Origin: Phoronis australis | Lineage: Eukaryota > Animalia > Phoronida | Assembly: GCA_002633005.1 (NCBI GenBank) | Contig: NMRA01000357.1 | Coordinates: 14,048-78,047, forward strand | Length of the DNA: 64,000 nt | Direction: 5' to 3' | Shown: one piece after another, positions 50,801-61,651 of the stretch | Layout of the letters: each line of letters begins with the position of its first letter | Numbering within the stretch: position 1 is the stretch's first letter | Made by a program: the position numbers and the translations under genes | Notes under the pieces: model-generated | Told to the model about the DNA's origin: nothing | The model's input: the letters and a program-made list of their open reading frames with translations, nothing else | The model's database searches: none

Positions 50801-53589
50801 CGCTCGGGGGAGCAACAAGAAGCTGCGGATGCGTGAATCTGGCGAAAATGCCCAGCAATCAACAAGTGTTTACTGTGGAAAAGTAAGCCAACAGTTTAAA
50901 TCGTCGACATTCCTTTGGTTCTTTAGGAAGGAACTTCACATATCACATTTCCCATGGTGAGTCTAACGCGTTGTGTTTTTAATCAAGTATTGTCCGAGTG
51001 CATCTGAGGACAAAACAAACAGAAGGCCACAATGGCCTTCTGTGTCGTCAGATTCAAAACACATGATGCAAACTATCCCAATGTAAAGACATATATTTTG
51101 AAAGCAATGATTATGAAACGATCTTTGTCGGAAGGCCACCACATCAGAGGTAAGTGGGAACGTGCTACCAACTCGGGCGCATGTTCAGCCACCCCAGCCA
51201 TCGTATTCAGGTATATTTTGCAGTCTTGTATACCTTCTCGCGTGGCGTGTAAGCAAAAAAGAGGAGACCGTGGAGAGGGGAAGGGTCGCCGAATGAGTGG
51301 TAATTCGGGAAAGATTTTTTTATGTTATCATCTTGGTATTGTCTAGGACACCTGTCCTACTGGTTAACCCCTACGCATAACAAAGATGTCAGTCATCATT
51401 GCTTGAAACGTAGAAGAGAACTCCCATTTTATATTTCCGGAAAGACAAGCAGGTGACCCAATAAAAAGACGAGAGGGCGTGCCAGCGACTGTTAAAACAA
51501 TGTCACACGGGTGCAGTAATTAGTTACACCGAAAGTTTTATCAATTTTATGCTTCCTAGACGTGTGCGGTCGTGCTAGACGCGTGCCACCATGCTAGATG
51601 GCAAAAACGCGTGGAGCTTATTCAGTTGAGTTCAGAAATTGACAATTATTAAAGAAATTATGGGTGAGTATAAAGTTCAAGTTTAAAACAGTTGGTAGTC
51701 TGGCGGGCAGACGCTCGTATATTCAAACAATGACTAAATGCAACACAAACAGGTCGCCTGAATCAGAAATAATGAGCCCTCAATCCGGGGCAACAGCACG
51801 GTTACAAAAGTGTCAGACAGGAAATAACCAGTCAGACTATCACCAGAACCTTTGCTTAGATTTTAAAATTAAATTGTGGTTTGGGTGACAAATTTTATGA
51901 ATTCCCTGACCATTGTTCTGGTGGTCAGAGTAAAAAATGGACTTTCCTTCTATAAAATAGCGAGTCTCTTTATATTTTTGCCGTCAAACGATAATTTCAG
52001 TGGGAAACAAGTATGTCTGTAACAGTGTCAAGTACTATATGGCTGTATGAGCTTATCTCGATAGGTACTGACAATGAACCGAGTATACACAGAAGCAACA
52101 TTGCGTTATTGTTTGTCAAAAAGGCCATCGTGTTTCATTAAAAGTCTCTTGATAAGACCTAAGCGGCGGGGTTGTCTAAAAATTCAAACAAGGAAGCAAA
52201 TTGCAAACCTACTAGCAACCGGATATACCAAACTCCCACGACAACCGCAGTCGACTATAAAGAATAATTTATTGCTAAGATATAATGACGGCGGACCTAC
52301 GGTGCGCAAACTGTCACCAAAACAGTTCGAAAAGTATAAGATAGTTACACGTTGTACGTTCCATAAAGCAAAAAGCCCATTCTGGACACCGGCAACTGAA
52401 ATCGCCAACTTCGCGATATATTTTGCAGCCTTGTAGGCATTCACTTTGTCACTATTAATGGATTTCAGTTTTCAATTTACACGCCCCCTCAGGCGATAAT
52501 GATTATTTCTAGCACTGGGGTACGTGACAAAGACTCAACAAGTGGCCGTGTATACTGTAGAGAGTAAAATAGTCTTGTATCCTCAACTGTTCAGAATTTG
52601 ATTAGCTGTTGACGTGTATTAGAAACAATGTCCTTCTAAATTTTTAGATCACTAGAATGGCCGAGAGAAATGGGAGGTGCTGGCCCACTAAACACGCACC
52701 GTGAAAAATCTAAAGCTATGTACGCACCCTCCGGGTCAAGCTGCATACCACGCAATAAGAAACCCCACTAGTTCCGCGGATAACGAAAGTGTGACGCATA
52801 TCTTTCCTCGAGTCGGTGTCAACTAAAAGTTAAACTGAAATCCGGCAGAGTAAACTTGGCAACAAATGAAGTTCAGCCAGCAAGGTCTGCGCATTTGGCA
52901 AACACGGCGCTGTACGCGAATGCTATGTCAATCAGCGCTACCGCCTCACACCTTAAACTCGACCACCCGGTCGGAAACATGCCAGTTCTCAGTATAAAGA
53001 TATGGTATAGCATCTTTTCTCGGTAGCCCCGTGCCGTCTTAATACCCGGGTCACATTTTCAAAAGTTACCGTTGAATATCACTGATATAGCACGGTCAAG
53101 CCGAAACGTACCGGAATTTCATGAACACGTTGAAGGACCGTATTACCGATTATACAGCCACAGTCCAGTTTTTGTGACTATTGTTGCTTTGCCATTTACG
53201 GGGTGGGATTTACAATAACAGAGCGTTTAAAGGGCGACCGCGGTCCATGGATTCCAGATTAAGTTAAGCGCTGAGGTTGATCTTTGGATATCACTTTCTC
53301 ACGTATAGTGTCCCTTAAAATGTTGAAGAGAACAGTGACACGATAATCATCTACCTATCTATACACATGCCGAGCTAGGCTTAGGTTTCTAACCCTAACA
53401 CAGGCTAGACACGCATGACTCGAACCAAACTTCAACAGGGGATGAATGGTCTCCATCAATGAATCTTAAAAATGCTCGATTCTGAGTCATTATTCCTAAA
53501 AACACCGCAGTAAAACGAGACTTAACCTTACCTTGAGTACCAACTGCGATGATTCCGACGAGTATCATACAGACCGTCCGCAGTGCCAT
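32422..53589 (-). CDS. FBLN1: Fibulin-1/2-like secreted ECM glycoprotein (complete, 17 coding exons, about 943 aa)
   Basis: Exons 53532-53589, 49871-50136, 49206-49446, 48727-48867, 48073-48201, 46169-46315, 44382-44522, 42898-43050, 39410-39550, 38823-39017, 38156-38293, 37377-37517, 37148-37279, 36746-36865, 33710-33847, 33214-33352, 32422-32833 (sum 2832 nt, in frame). Signal peptide; CC-rich anaphylatoxin modules; DIDEC cbEGF repeats; fibulin C-terminal domain. FBLN1 versus FBLN2 cannot be resolved. Confidence 0.9.
33214..33352 (-). CDS. FBLN1: Fibulin last cbEGF exon
   Basis: DIDECLTYQSRCSGENQVCVNTRGGYRCNDIQCPPQF. Confidence 0.9.
33710..33847 (-). CDS. FBLN1: Fibulin cbEGF exon
   Basis: DINECAANF..CIGLCHNTPGSFQCTCPQGY. 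Confidence 0.9.
34825..35615. mobile_element. Foldback-like element whose inverted ends are built from GGTTCAC(T/C)ACTCCGAA subrepeats
   Basis: Subrepeats at 34831-34910 and reverse-complement TTCGGAGAAGTGAACC-type units at 35535-35612. Confidence 0.5.
36746..36865 (-). CDS. FBLN1: Fibulin cbEGF exon
   Basis: [30 protein letters not shown]. Confidence 0.9.
37148..37279 (-). CDS. FBLN1: Fibulin cbEGF exon
   Basis: DDDECTRFGNRVCSVHARCLNVAGSYRCVCKEGF. Confidence 0.9.
37377..37517 (-). CDS. FBLN1: Fibulin cbEGF exon
   Basis: [37 protein letters not shown]. Confidence 0.9.
38156..38293 (-). CDS. FBLN1: Fibulin cbEGF exon
   Basis: DIDECSEGTPCAANQRCENTRGAFRC. Confidence 0.9.
38823..39017 (-). 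CDS. FBLN1: Fibulin cbEGF exon with extra two-Cys segment
   Basis: DVDECRIGTDNCGDSYECKNIPGSFRCEIKERDCPLGSRLNYRTGICERVTCPRGMRANSEFNCV. Confidence 0.9.
39410..39550 (-). CDS. FBLN1: Fibulin cbEGF exon
   Basis: DINECVRRQDSCTEGQQCVNTVGSYYC. Confidence 0.9.
40299..40549. mobile_element. MITE, CATGCGCGCACCC TIR, 5-bp TSD CATCT
   Basis: CATCT|CATGCGCGCACCC...GGGTGCGCGCATG|CATCT. Confidence 0.8.
42898..43050 (-). CDS. FBLN1: Fibulin cbEGF exon
   Basis: DINECTSGSAICSYSQICINTVGSYRC. Confidence 0.9.
44382..44522 (-). CDS. FBLN1: Fibulin cbEGF exon
   Basis: DIDECTIQANVCAADKRCVNTVGSFRCENMDTCGDGHRLNPRNNRCE. Confidence 0.9.
45788..46052. mobile_element. MITE of the same family (degenerate TSD)
   Basis: CATGCGCGCACCCAGCC...CTGGGCGTGCGCGTG. 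Confidence 0.65.
46169..46315 (-). CDS. FBLN1: Fibulin cbEGF exon
   Basis: DIDECAVQGTCNVRQLCVNTVGSFRC. Confidence 0.9.
46750..47756 (+). mobile_element. HINE-like element copy in a fibulin intron
   Basis: CTGCCACAAGGAGGCGCCACAG and GGCCACTTGGTGGCG motifs; GACGGACGGACGAACGGACGG microsatellite; end CATATAAATATGTGGGCCCATAAAA. Confidence 0.65.
48073..48201 (-). CDS. FBLN1: Fibulin EGF exon
   Basis: CATQNPCDQICKDSGLQIECSCNAGYSLDSDSTSCK. Confidence 0.9.
48727..48867 (-). CDS. FBLN1: Fibulin EGF exon
   Basis: LCARFTNQLCDQICVD..FRCECERGYELSAEGGRNCVP. Confidence 0.9.
49206..49446 (-). CDS. FBLN1: Fibulin exon 3, anaphylatoxin-like plus G/N-rich linker
   Basis: ECCGCCKLG..CSATFSDCC; splice sites. 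Confidence 0.9.
49871..50136 (-). CDS. FBLN1: Fibulin exon 2, anaphylatoxin-like (KQCCSLG..EVCC..CETGK)
   Basis: Cys pattern and splice sites. Confidence 0.9.
50615..50812. repeat. G-rich degenerate repeat (GAGCATTCATGGCGACCGGG), G-quadruplex-prone
   Basis: Long G runs and 4-5 imperfect units. Confidence 0.6.
53532..53589 (-). CDS. FBLN1: Fibulin exon 1, signal peptide MALRTVCMILVGIIAVGTQ
   Basis: Hydrophobic N-terminus, caag|gtaagg donor. Confidence 0.75.
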
Positions 53590-54259
53590 TTTCACTTCCC
53601 AGCTGCTCCGAGACACTTAGCAAATGCGATGATGGAATTTTGTTCAGGGCGACTACCCCCAGACTGCGGTCAAGCGTCAACAAAGTCTCGCACACATAAC
53701 AGATGGAATCCATACAATGCCGAATAGATACGCATTGTGTTTAACTAAACACCCCCTAATCATCGCATCCAAAAACATTGCCTTTGAACGTACAATAAGA
53801 TAAAGGTCAAGCGCACTTTGTTACAAAGGGGCGTGCTCACGGCCAGGAATTGTTTGCTTTTATTCTCAGACAACTTAGAAGTAAGCGGCGTTCTTGAAAT
53901 GGATTTTACTGCAACGGAGTTAGGATTCTAGGAAACTACAATAGGCTTAAATAAACACGACAGTTTGCCTTCAAATTTATTTTGTAATAGGTTGCGGAAA
54001 CACCAAATCCCAGGCGCCAAGCACCACAGTTATCAAAACCACGGAGTATTTAAAACGGATACCTTCAATAGACTGGGCATGGAGCAGTGTGGTGCATTAT
54101 CCACAGGTACTTCAAATGCATAAGATGGTTGCAATCCCACGTGACTACTAGGTTTTAGAGTAGACAACTTCTTCATAGTTATAGCTAGGTTGTTTGGTTT
54201 TTATTACGACAAAAACTTTTGCATAGATACAAGTAGGCCTATACACAACACACCACTGT

Positions 54260-54780
54260 GCAAAAAAGAAAAAGAAAAATGATTGTTACTCCCAAGTTAT
54301 AAGCATTTAAAAAGTAATTTAATTTCTGTTCTGGCATCTGGTCAATTCTCCGGTTCCCGTCATATTTCAAAAACACACTCTAATCCTCCCTTTTGTTTGT
54401 ATCATCAAATTCCTGTATATTTAAAGAAGCACTTCTACTTTAAAGCACACTCTCAAAAGATTAAGACATATCAAATTAGATTTGACGTTAGCAAATTTTG
54501 TTTTAAAAATGAAAAAAGAGTTTGTAAAAGAAACCAGTTCAAAATTCCATTCCGTTCATTTTGAAGACCAAATCTTGTTGTGATTTTGTTTATTTCAACA
54601 TTTACTCGCATTGCAGTCGTTAACCAAAGACGAGCCCCATGCCACAAAGATTTAACATATTCACATCCAAAGAATAAATGTTTTAAAGTCACGGGAAAAG
54701 TAAAAGTACAAGCATTTGAGTCCATGTATTAATTTCAATCTTATTTCAAAACAATTAATAGGTAGAATGAAGCAGGCGGA
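54260..54780 (-). mobile_element. 3' end of an L1/Tx1-like retrotransposon
   Basis: CTFTFPVTLKHLFFGCEYVKSLW..LNWFLL, typical of the C-terminal CCHC region of ORF2. Confidence 0.6.
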
Positions 54781-55276
54781 ACTGCCAAAAAAGTAATTTG
54801 GGTCATTCGTACATTCATGTGGAAGTTAAATTCCGATATCCCTTTTTCGTCAAAATTATACTTTTTAGAGAAAAAGGTAAAAGTGGTCCATATACATTTT
54901 TAAGAATCAAATTTTTGAAAAACGTATTCAAACATTTTTCACGGCACTAAAACTTGAATAATATTTGAGAAAGCTGGCATTGACCTAACGAATCGTCTGG
55001 AAACTTTCAAACCTGTAAAAATACCAATCTCATCTAAAAAAATCGTTAAAAAAATACCTCTTTAACGAATGACCCACAACTGCAAGGGCTGTTTTTCACC
55101 ATATTTGCGTTGATCCACACATTGATTGACGCCGCATCTTCGTGTCCTGAAATATTTTGTTTATGTACTAAAATGCTTCGATATTGGAAGCATTCTTTCC
55201 AAAAGCAGTTACCGTTATCTAATCTTGTTAACCTATAACCTCCTTAGCTCAGCATTCTATTTCACGGAATACATTG

Positions 55277-55429
55277 TATGCGCGCACTCAGCCTTCAATA
55301 TGGGGGGCTCGTCTCGAATTCCTGACGTTGTGGACATTTTGCTCACAAATGAATGGGAGGACTAAAANCCCATCTTCCCGGACTTTTTGTTTGAGGAGCC
55401 CCCCCCGAGCCCCCCTGGGTGCGCGCATG
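55277..55429. mobile_element. MITE of the same family, 5-bp TSD CATTG
   Basis: CATTG|TATGCGCGCACTCAGCC...CTGGGTGCGCGCATG|CATTG. Confidence 0.8.
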
Positions 55430-57443
55430 CATTGTATTTAGAATTCGATGGACTGAATTCATGTTAACATAATTCATCTGATGTTCGATGGACTGAACTT
55501 CATGATTGTTCCGAAGTATCTCATCAAGTGTAGACTGCTTGGAAAACTGGATCGCGTGATCAAAAGAAGAAAAACTCGTCACAGACAACAAACTTGAATG
55601 TAACACTGGATCCAAGGACGTCGCCAGGAAAGGGAAAACGTGGTCACGGACTGATTAGATTAACCTACTTTGTGAAATTTTACGACATTTTATTCGTCGA
55701 AATTCAAACATTTAATCAATATACTCATTATTATATCCAAATCAAATTGTGTTGTTTCAACCACCTACCGGCAAGATAGTCACCACGTGACACACCGTCA
55801 AAAACTGTTTCAAATTCCATCATCACAATATAGTACTTTTGATCCAAAATATATCCTTCGTCTTCAGTTTCTATAGCATATATCAACTTGTTGAAAAAGT
55901 TCCTTGATTCTATTTTACACAAATATTTGGTCGGGCGATCCCCTCTTTCAATCCAATTCGTTCTTGATCAGACAACATAACCCTTCAAAGTCTCTCTTCT
56001 TGATTCTTGTAAACTGTCTGGTCTTTTTTCTTTTAAAGTCGTTAGATCATCTTCATAGAAGTGCTCTTTGCTTTCCAGCCTCTTCTGAATTACGTTCAGG
56101 ATGAAGTTCTTCTCCTTTCTCATTGAGTACGGTCCACGGTAATGCTGCGGATTTCCATAAACAAGCCGTCTAAGAACAACTGGCCATTGATTACGAGTAT
56201 TGAATTTTATTGCTAGAAACTCTATTGGTAATTGAAAACTAGAACAACATACTGATGTTTTTCCTGAGTAATTTTCTTTAATCTCAGTGTTCAGTATATT
56301 CAAACAGAGAAATGTTGAATTTCAAAATGCCTTTCCCTCTTAAAATTTAAGGCTCAAATGCACACCTGAATGATGTGATCTGTAAACTACTTGTTACGTT
56401 AATTTTACACAATGAAGCATTTTTTTGAAACTTAGAAAAAGTCCAGTCTCGCCTGGTTTATAGAAGTTTTTCGTCCGCTAGACTGGTCAAGAGGTGGTTA
56501 ATTGCCTGCGATTTTCATCATAGCCCACGCAAATGTACTTGAACATAATGAATCCTGAAGGAATGGAGACTTCGGATACCTATTCTGTTTTTGCTTGTGT
56601 TTCTATTCGGTAATACAATGCCCTGCATTAAATTAAACCTTAGTTAAAAAAGCATTTCTGAAATAACAGGAAAATTCCCTCTGTAATTGGACTTGATGCG
56701 CTAAAGCATTCAGAAAATGAGTAGGCAACACATACCGTATGATTATAAGTATTTAGGACGTCAAATCTTTTCCCGGAATCTCCAAACTCTATAGAGACGT
56801 ATCTTGTGTTCATATCTACGGGGAACGGAAAATTTCAAAAAATATTTTCGAGTTCGACTTCACGAGATCATGCTCAAAGAATCATAAATGACACGTGACA
56901 GCCGGTGAAAAGTCTGGTCTCAAGCTAGAACTGTGAGTTCTTTCCAAGTTCAGAAGTTGCACCAATTTTGAGTAATGAATAATTTGAGACCAATTTCATA
57001 AGTGGTTTAAAATTAAAGAAACGTTTTTGAAAACAAAAGCGTGTACGTCCTGCCACTTTAAGGCTAAAGATCTGACTTCAGTGACTTCTAATGATAATAA
57101 AGCGTTTCTTCCAGGAACTGGGATAAAAAGGGCGGATTTAGGAGGGGAGGTCCCGCTATAATGACGACTAAAAACGTTGGCATGCCGTCAGGACTACGGG
57201 GTTCATTCTTCCCTGGGAAATATGCGGTTGGGCCTCCTCAGTGACCCGCTTGTGAAATTTATTTCAAAAACAGTCCGTACATTGTTACAAGGAATTTTCC
57301 AGCGATAACCAGCATTTGACACTTTAAAACTGTCATTTCAGAGTTGCGCAACCAATGAGCGCATTATTGTGTAGAGCGACGCTCGATGATGATAAAATGG
57401 CAAAAACGAATGTACTTTTGCTCTCTTAGAAAATAAGCAACAT

Positions 57444-57752
57444 TCAGGGACGGATGCAGGATTTTGAGTTGGGGGGCGAGGCACAGGAATAAGCAGCATT
57501 TCGGCAGATGCGCGCGGCCAGCCTAAAATCTGGGGATGCAGGGGTCTTGAATACTTGGGTTTGCGGACCTGTTGACTAAAAAAAGGTAAACGGGGTTTAT
57601 TCAGAGCCTATGCGTTGTTTATTCACTCCCCAAGCCCCCCTGGTTGCGCGCATGTGCTAGTCGGCAGTTCGCACCCGAACTCACAAATGGGATCTGGTAG
57701 AATTTTAGGGGGGGGGCACCGCCCCCTTGGCTCCCCCCTAAATCCGCCACTG
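57444..57752. mobile_element. MITE (CAGGGACGGAT...ATCCGCCACTG, TSD ACATT) containing a nested ATGCGCGC-family MITE at about 57508-57654
   Basis: TIRs and 5-bp direct flanks visible. Confidence 0.6.
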
Positions 57753-60029
57753 ACATTTATATAACTCAAATCTTTTAACCCGGTCGTCTTGTAGTATGAT
57801 TATTTTCACAAGTAGTGGCAATTACATAATCACTACCCTTGTAAAGAGTAACGGTATTCACGCGGGATTGGTGAAAGGCGTTAGTGGGCGGGGTCTGAAG
57901 TGATTACATCATTTGGTAATTACAACCAGCATGCATTTTACGACGGAAAAAACAACTTAGTTCTGGCACATTCGTATTGCCAAACAATTTATGGCTTATC
58001 ACATTCAACATTTCTAGAGCAAATCGATGCCATGGCCTCAGCACTACGATTTATGGTCAGCCGGTTCGCCATCTGTCATGATCTATGTTTATACATGCTA
58101 CTCAGGAAGGAAGACGCGCTTTTCTGCTTCTGGGCTAGGAACCAGTTCCTGGTTCTGAGGAACCCGGCTCAGGCGAAGTGCAAGCGAGAGTCAACAAAGT
58201 GCACTAAGGAAATTTGTCAGAGTCCGCATCTTCCAGTAAACGAGACTGAGACAGTTTGACACTGAACCGTTCTCCATACTTCTCCCGTATCGCTGCCACT
58301 CTCTCATCTCACTGAAACCGTAAACAGACGCCGGTGACTGTGCAAATCGCTTTCCGAAATTTCAATTCTCAACCGCTCCCGTCAGCTCACCCCATCAATT
58401 CTAAGACCTGGCAATAGTCTGAATAGCTCAAAGTATTTGCTACGTATTCCACAGAATAAAACTGAGCTTTCACTGAGATGTACACGTACAATGTAAGCAT
58501 CCTCTGCAGAACTACCGTAGATATAGGAACACTATAGCGGCACATAAGTCAACTAGCCTATTTTTGAGTTCTTGGCACCACAGCAGTAGATCCGACAACC
58601 TCTGCTATTCAGATGACGTCATCACCAGTTGGGTCAACCTCGTCTTCCTCTCTGGTTCCCTGCGCGTCCACTTTCCCCTAGCGGACATGCAAGGAACCAG
58701 CGAGAACTTTTTGTATGGGTGAAATAACCAGACCGAGGAGATTGGCAGCAACGAACATGTAGGCTTACTACTCAATATGGTTGTGATAACCAGATCGACC
58801 TCAAGGACAGTTAGGTTCAGGTTACAGGTTTTGACTATAATTTGCAGATGTATAGTAGCGTGAAAATTGTACCAAGATCATCGAATTTCAGTAATAAGAT
58901 ATATTATTAATGTAGTGTGGCAATGAAAATGAACTCCGCCCCAATCCCGGAAAATCGTTTCTAATATGATCGTAAATATCCTAGTGAAATTGCCTTAGTT
59001 TATATGATTATTCATTTTCCAAGCAATGTCAGTCGATCATTTTGTCTTTTTTGTTACTTAGTTTTCCATTTTAATTCAAACCAACACCTGATTTGATTTC
59101 GGAACCAACCGAACGAGCGCCACGAGCGACTGCTTTTTTCTGAAAAATCGCTCATGGAAATAAAGGCATTCTTTTTTAATGCTAGGCATGACTGAAATCA
59201 ATAGAATAATACAATAGAATAATATTCCATTAACGGGTAAAATATGTCTTGTCACTCCACAGCAATTGACATGAACAATGACATTCTTTTTAATCAACAT
59301 AACATTTTCATCGTCGCAAGCGTCAAAGTTTTAATTCATTCTAAACATTCAACTTCTTGGGTAAAAACGCAGAGTGAGTTTACAGTCCGAGTTCATCAGT
59401 AGATTTTTCGTTAAAGTCACAAAAAAACTTTCAAAAATCCGGTGCATGCAAATTTCTCATTTCGAATAGGCGCACTTTCGGAGCAGCTCTTTCAGTGGTG
59501 CTGTCTTTTGAAAATTGCAATAGATTATACGCACTCAGTAAGTATTATTTCCCTTGGGGTACGCCAGAACATCAACTTCAAAGATTGTTCGACTCAGTTG
59601 GCTCGCACATAAGCGTTTATGATTCCGAATATAGGAGTAACTTCTAATGCAGGGATGGAATTTTATAAGAAATGGTAATATTTTAAAAATCTTGGGATTT
59701 ACATTTTTGACACTTCAGAGACTTTCGCCTTTTTTGAAAAAAAAAGTTAAATATTTTCGTTTAGTTCTCAATTAGATAGCAAACTGACATTCTGATGTCG
59801 AATATCGCAAGCTTCAATCAATTGCCAATCAATAAATTACGAAGGTGTGAAAAGGTAAATATGTGAGTTGAAGAGTCATCACTTTCCTGAATGTCGGCCC
59901 TTCGTACCTACATCCAACATGTTTTTCCAACACTTTTTTTTGCTTTTTGTGTGAGCTAAATGGTTCGCCTCGATCTCAAAGAAATGTTTTGAGCACACTT
60001 CTCATTAATACTAGACTAAACTTTGCCAT

Positions 60030-60277
60030 CAAACACACGCACGGCTCCAGACATTAAACTGGCTGAGTATACACGCACGACTCCAGACTTTAGACTAGCA
60101 GTGCACAGACGCACGACTCCAGATGTTAGACAAGCAGTGTACACACGCACGACTCCAGATGTTAAAGACTAGTGCAGTCTACACACGCACGACTCTAGAT
60201 GTTATACTAGCAGTGAACACACCTAGGACCAATTACTCCCAGGTACACACGCACGACCCCAGATGTTAGACTAGCAT
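60030..60277. repeat. About 35-bp minisatellite
   Basis: ACACGCACGACTCCAGATGTTAGACTAGCAGT units. Confidence 0.85.
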
Positions 60278-61236
60278 TGCAACTACATGAAAAAGCGGCG
60301 ATTAAACTGAGAAAATCCAATAGGGCCCTCCCGGATAACACTGCGACAGTCGAATCTCGCTGTATTTATCCACAATGCCGTAAACATCCGTCAGTCACAT
60401 TTGCTGCTTCGTTTTTGTACCACTTAAGTGTTCTGAAATTCTTCGCCTTGGGGACACCAATGTGAGAGGAAAAAGTGCCTGAATTCCAAAACACAGTCAC
60501 ACACTTTGTTATCTCTGTGTAATCCCGGACAGATTTATTCAAGTCATGTGTTTAATGAGAAGGAATTGCTAAAAGTTTGTCATCTATAAAATTGGCAACA
60601 GTAAGGTACATTAACTGACACTAATTTCACTGTGGAGACCTGCTTCACAGTGACTTTCGGTCAGCAGAAAACCAGTGAAAAGACAATTCCTACGTCATCA
60701 CATTATATTTTAAAACGTTAACAATGTCTGTTTGTCAAACGCAGCACAGCCAACATGCCAAATTCCAGCAGTGGTATAAGTCACTTACATTACCAAGTTT
60801 TGTTCAGTTGGAAGCTGACTTCATTAGTAAATTATCTATTTAATACACTCGCCTCAATTTGCACACCAACAATTATATCGAAAAATAACATTTCTTCCTC
60901 ACCCTCACAGGGCTATTTGGAAAGAATTTCTTGTCTTGCCTAATTTGAACACATTTAGTTTCGCACAAAAGGAAAATACCCATGTCATCAATTCTAGTAA
61001 TATGCGCCTTTTGAACTGTATTGACAAAGTCTGAACATCGTACATTCACCAAGAAAGAGGTGTCTTGGCTGAATGTGGCGTCACTTAGTCACATGCTAAA
61101 AGTAACTTAATTACTGTTCATTATGTTGTCAACCCATAGGCCACCGACATTTCATTAAATTCAAACACGGACAGATGGCGATGCTTGGTTACTCAGTTCA
61201 TGTTGCAAACCCATCAGCTAAGAAGTCTGTATATTC

Positions 61237-61541
61237 AGTTTAGTTGGCGCACTGCGATTAACATGAAAATGAATAGTTTAATTGGGGCACTGCGATTAAC
61301 ATGAAAATGTATAGTTTAGTTGGGGCACTGAGATTAACATGAAAATGTATAGTTTAGTTGGGGCACTGCGATTAACATGAAAATGTATAGTTTAGTTGGC
61401 GCACTGCGATTAACATGAAAATGTATAGTTTAGTTGGGGCACTGAGATTAACATGAAAATGTATAGTTTAGTTGGGGCACTGCGATTAACATGAAAATGT
61501 ATAGTTTAGTTGGGGCACTGAGATTAACATGAAAATGTATT
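61237..61541. repeat. 38-bp minisatellite, about 8 copies, in the probable ATXN10 3' UTR
   Basis: AGTTTAGTTGGGGCACTGCGATTAACATGAAAATGTAT. Confidence 0.95.
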
Positions 61542-61651
61542 GTGTGACCCAAGTAGATAATTAATGTATGAGAAAATGACGGAAAACTCTTGTTGGAAAA
61601 CTCTGTGCTGTCCCAGCATCTACATTGTCACAGCTTTCAATAGATTTCACT

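Noticed and set aside
58614-58621. Isolated CRE sites TGACGTCA (also near 19391 and 42562)
   Set aside because: Single 8-mers are expected by chance in 64 kb; no clustering.
58636-58745. Imperfect hairpin CTGGTTCC..GGAACCAG
   Set aside because: Looks like a small degenerate MITE; no evidence for an RNA gene.
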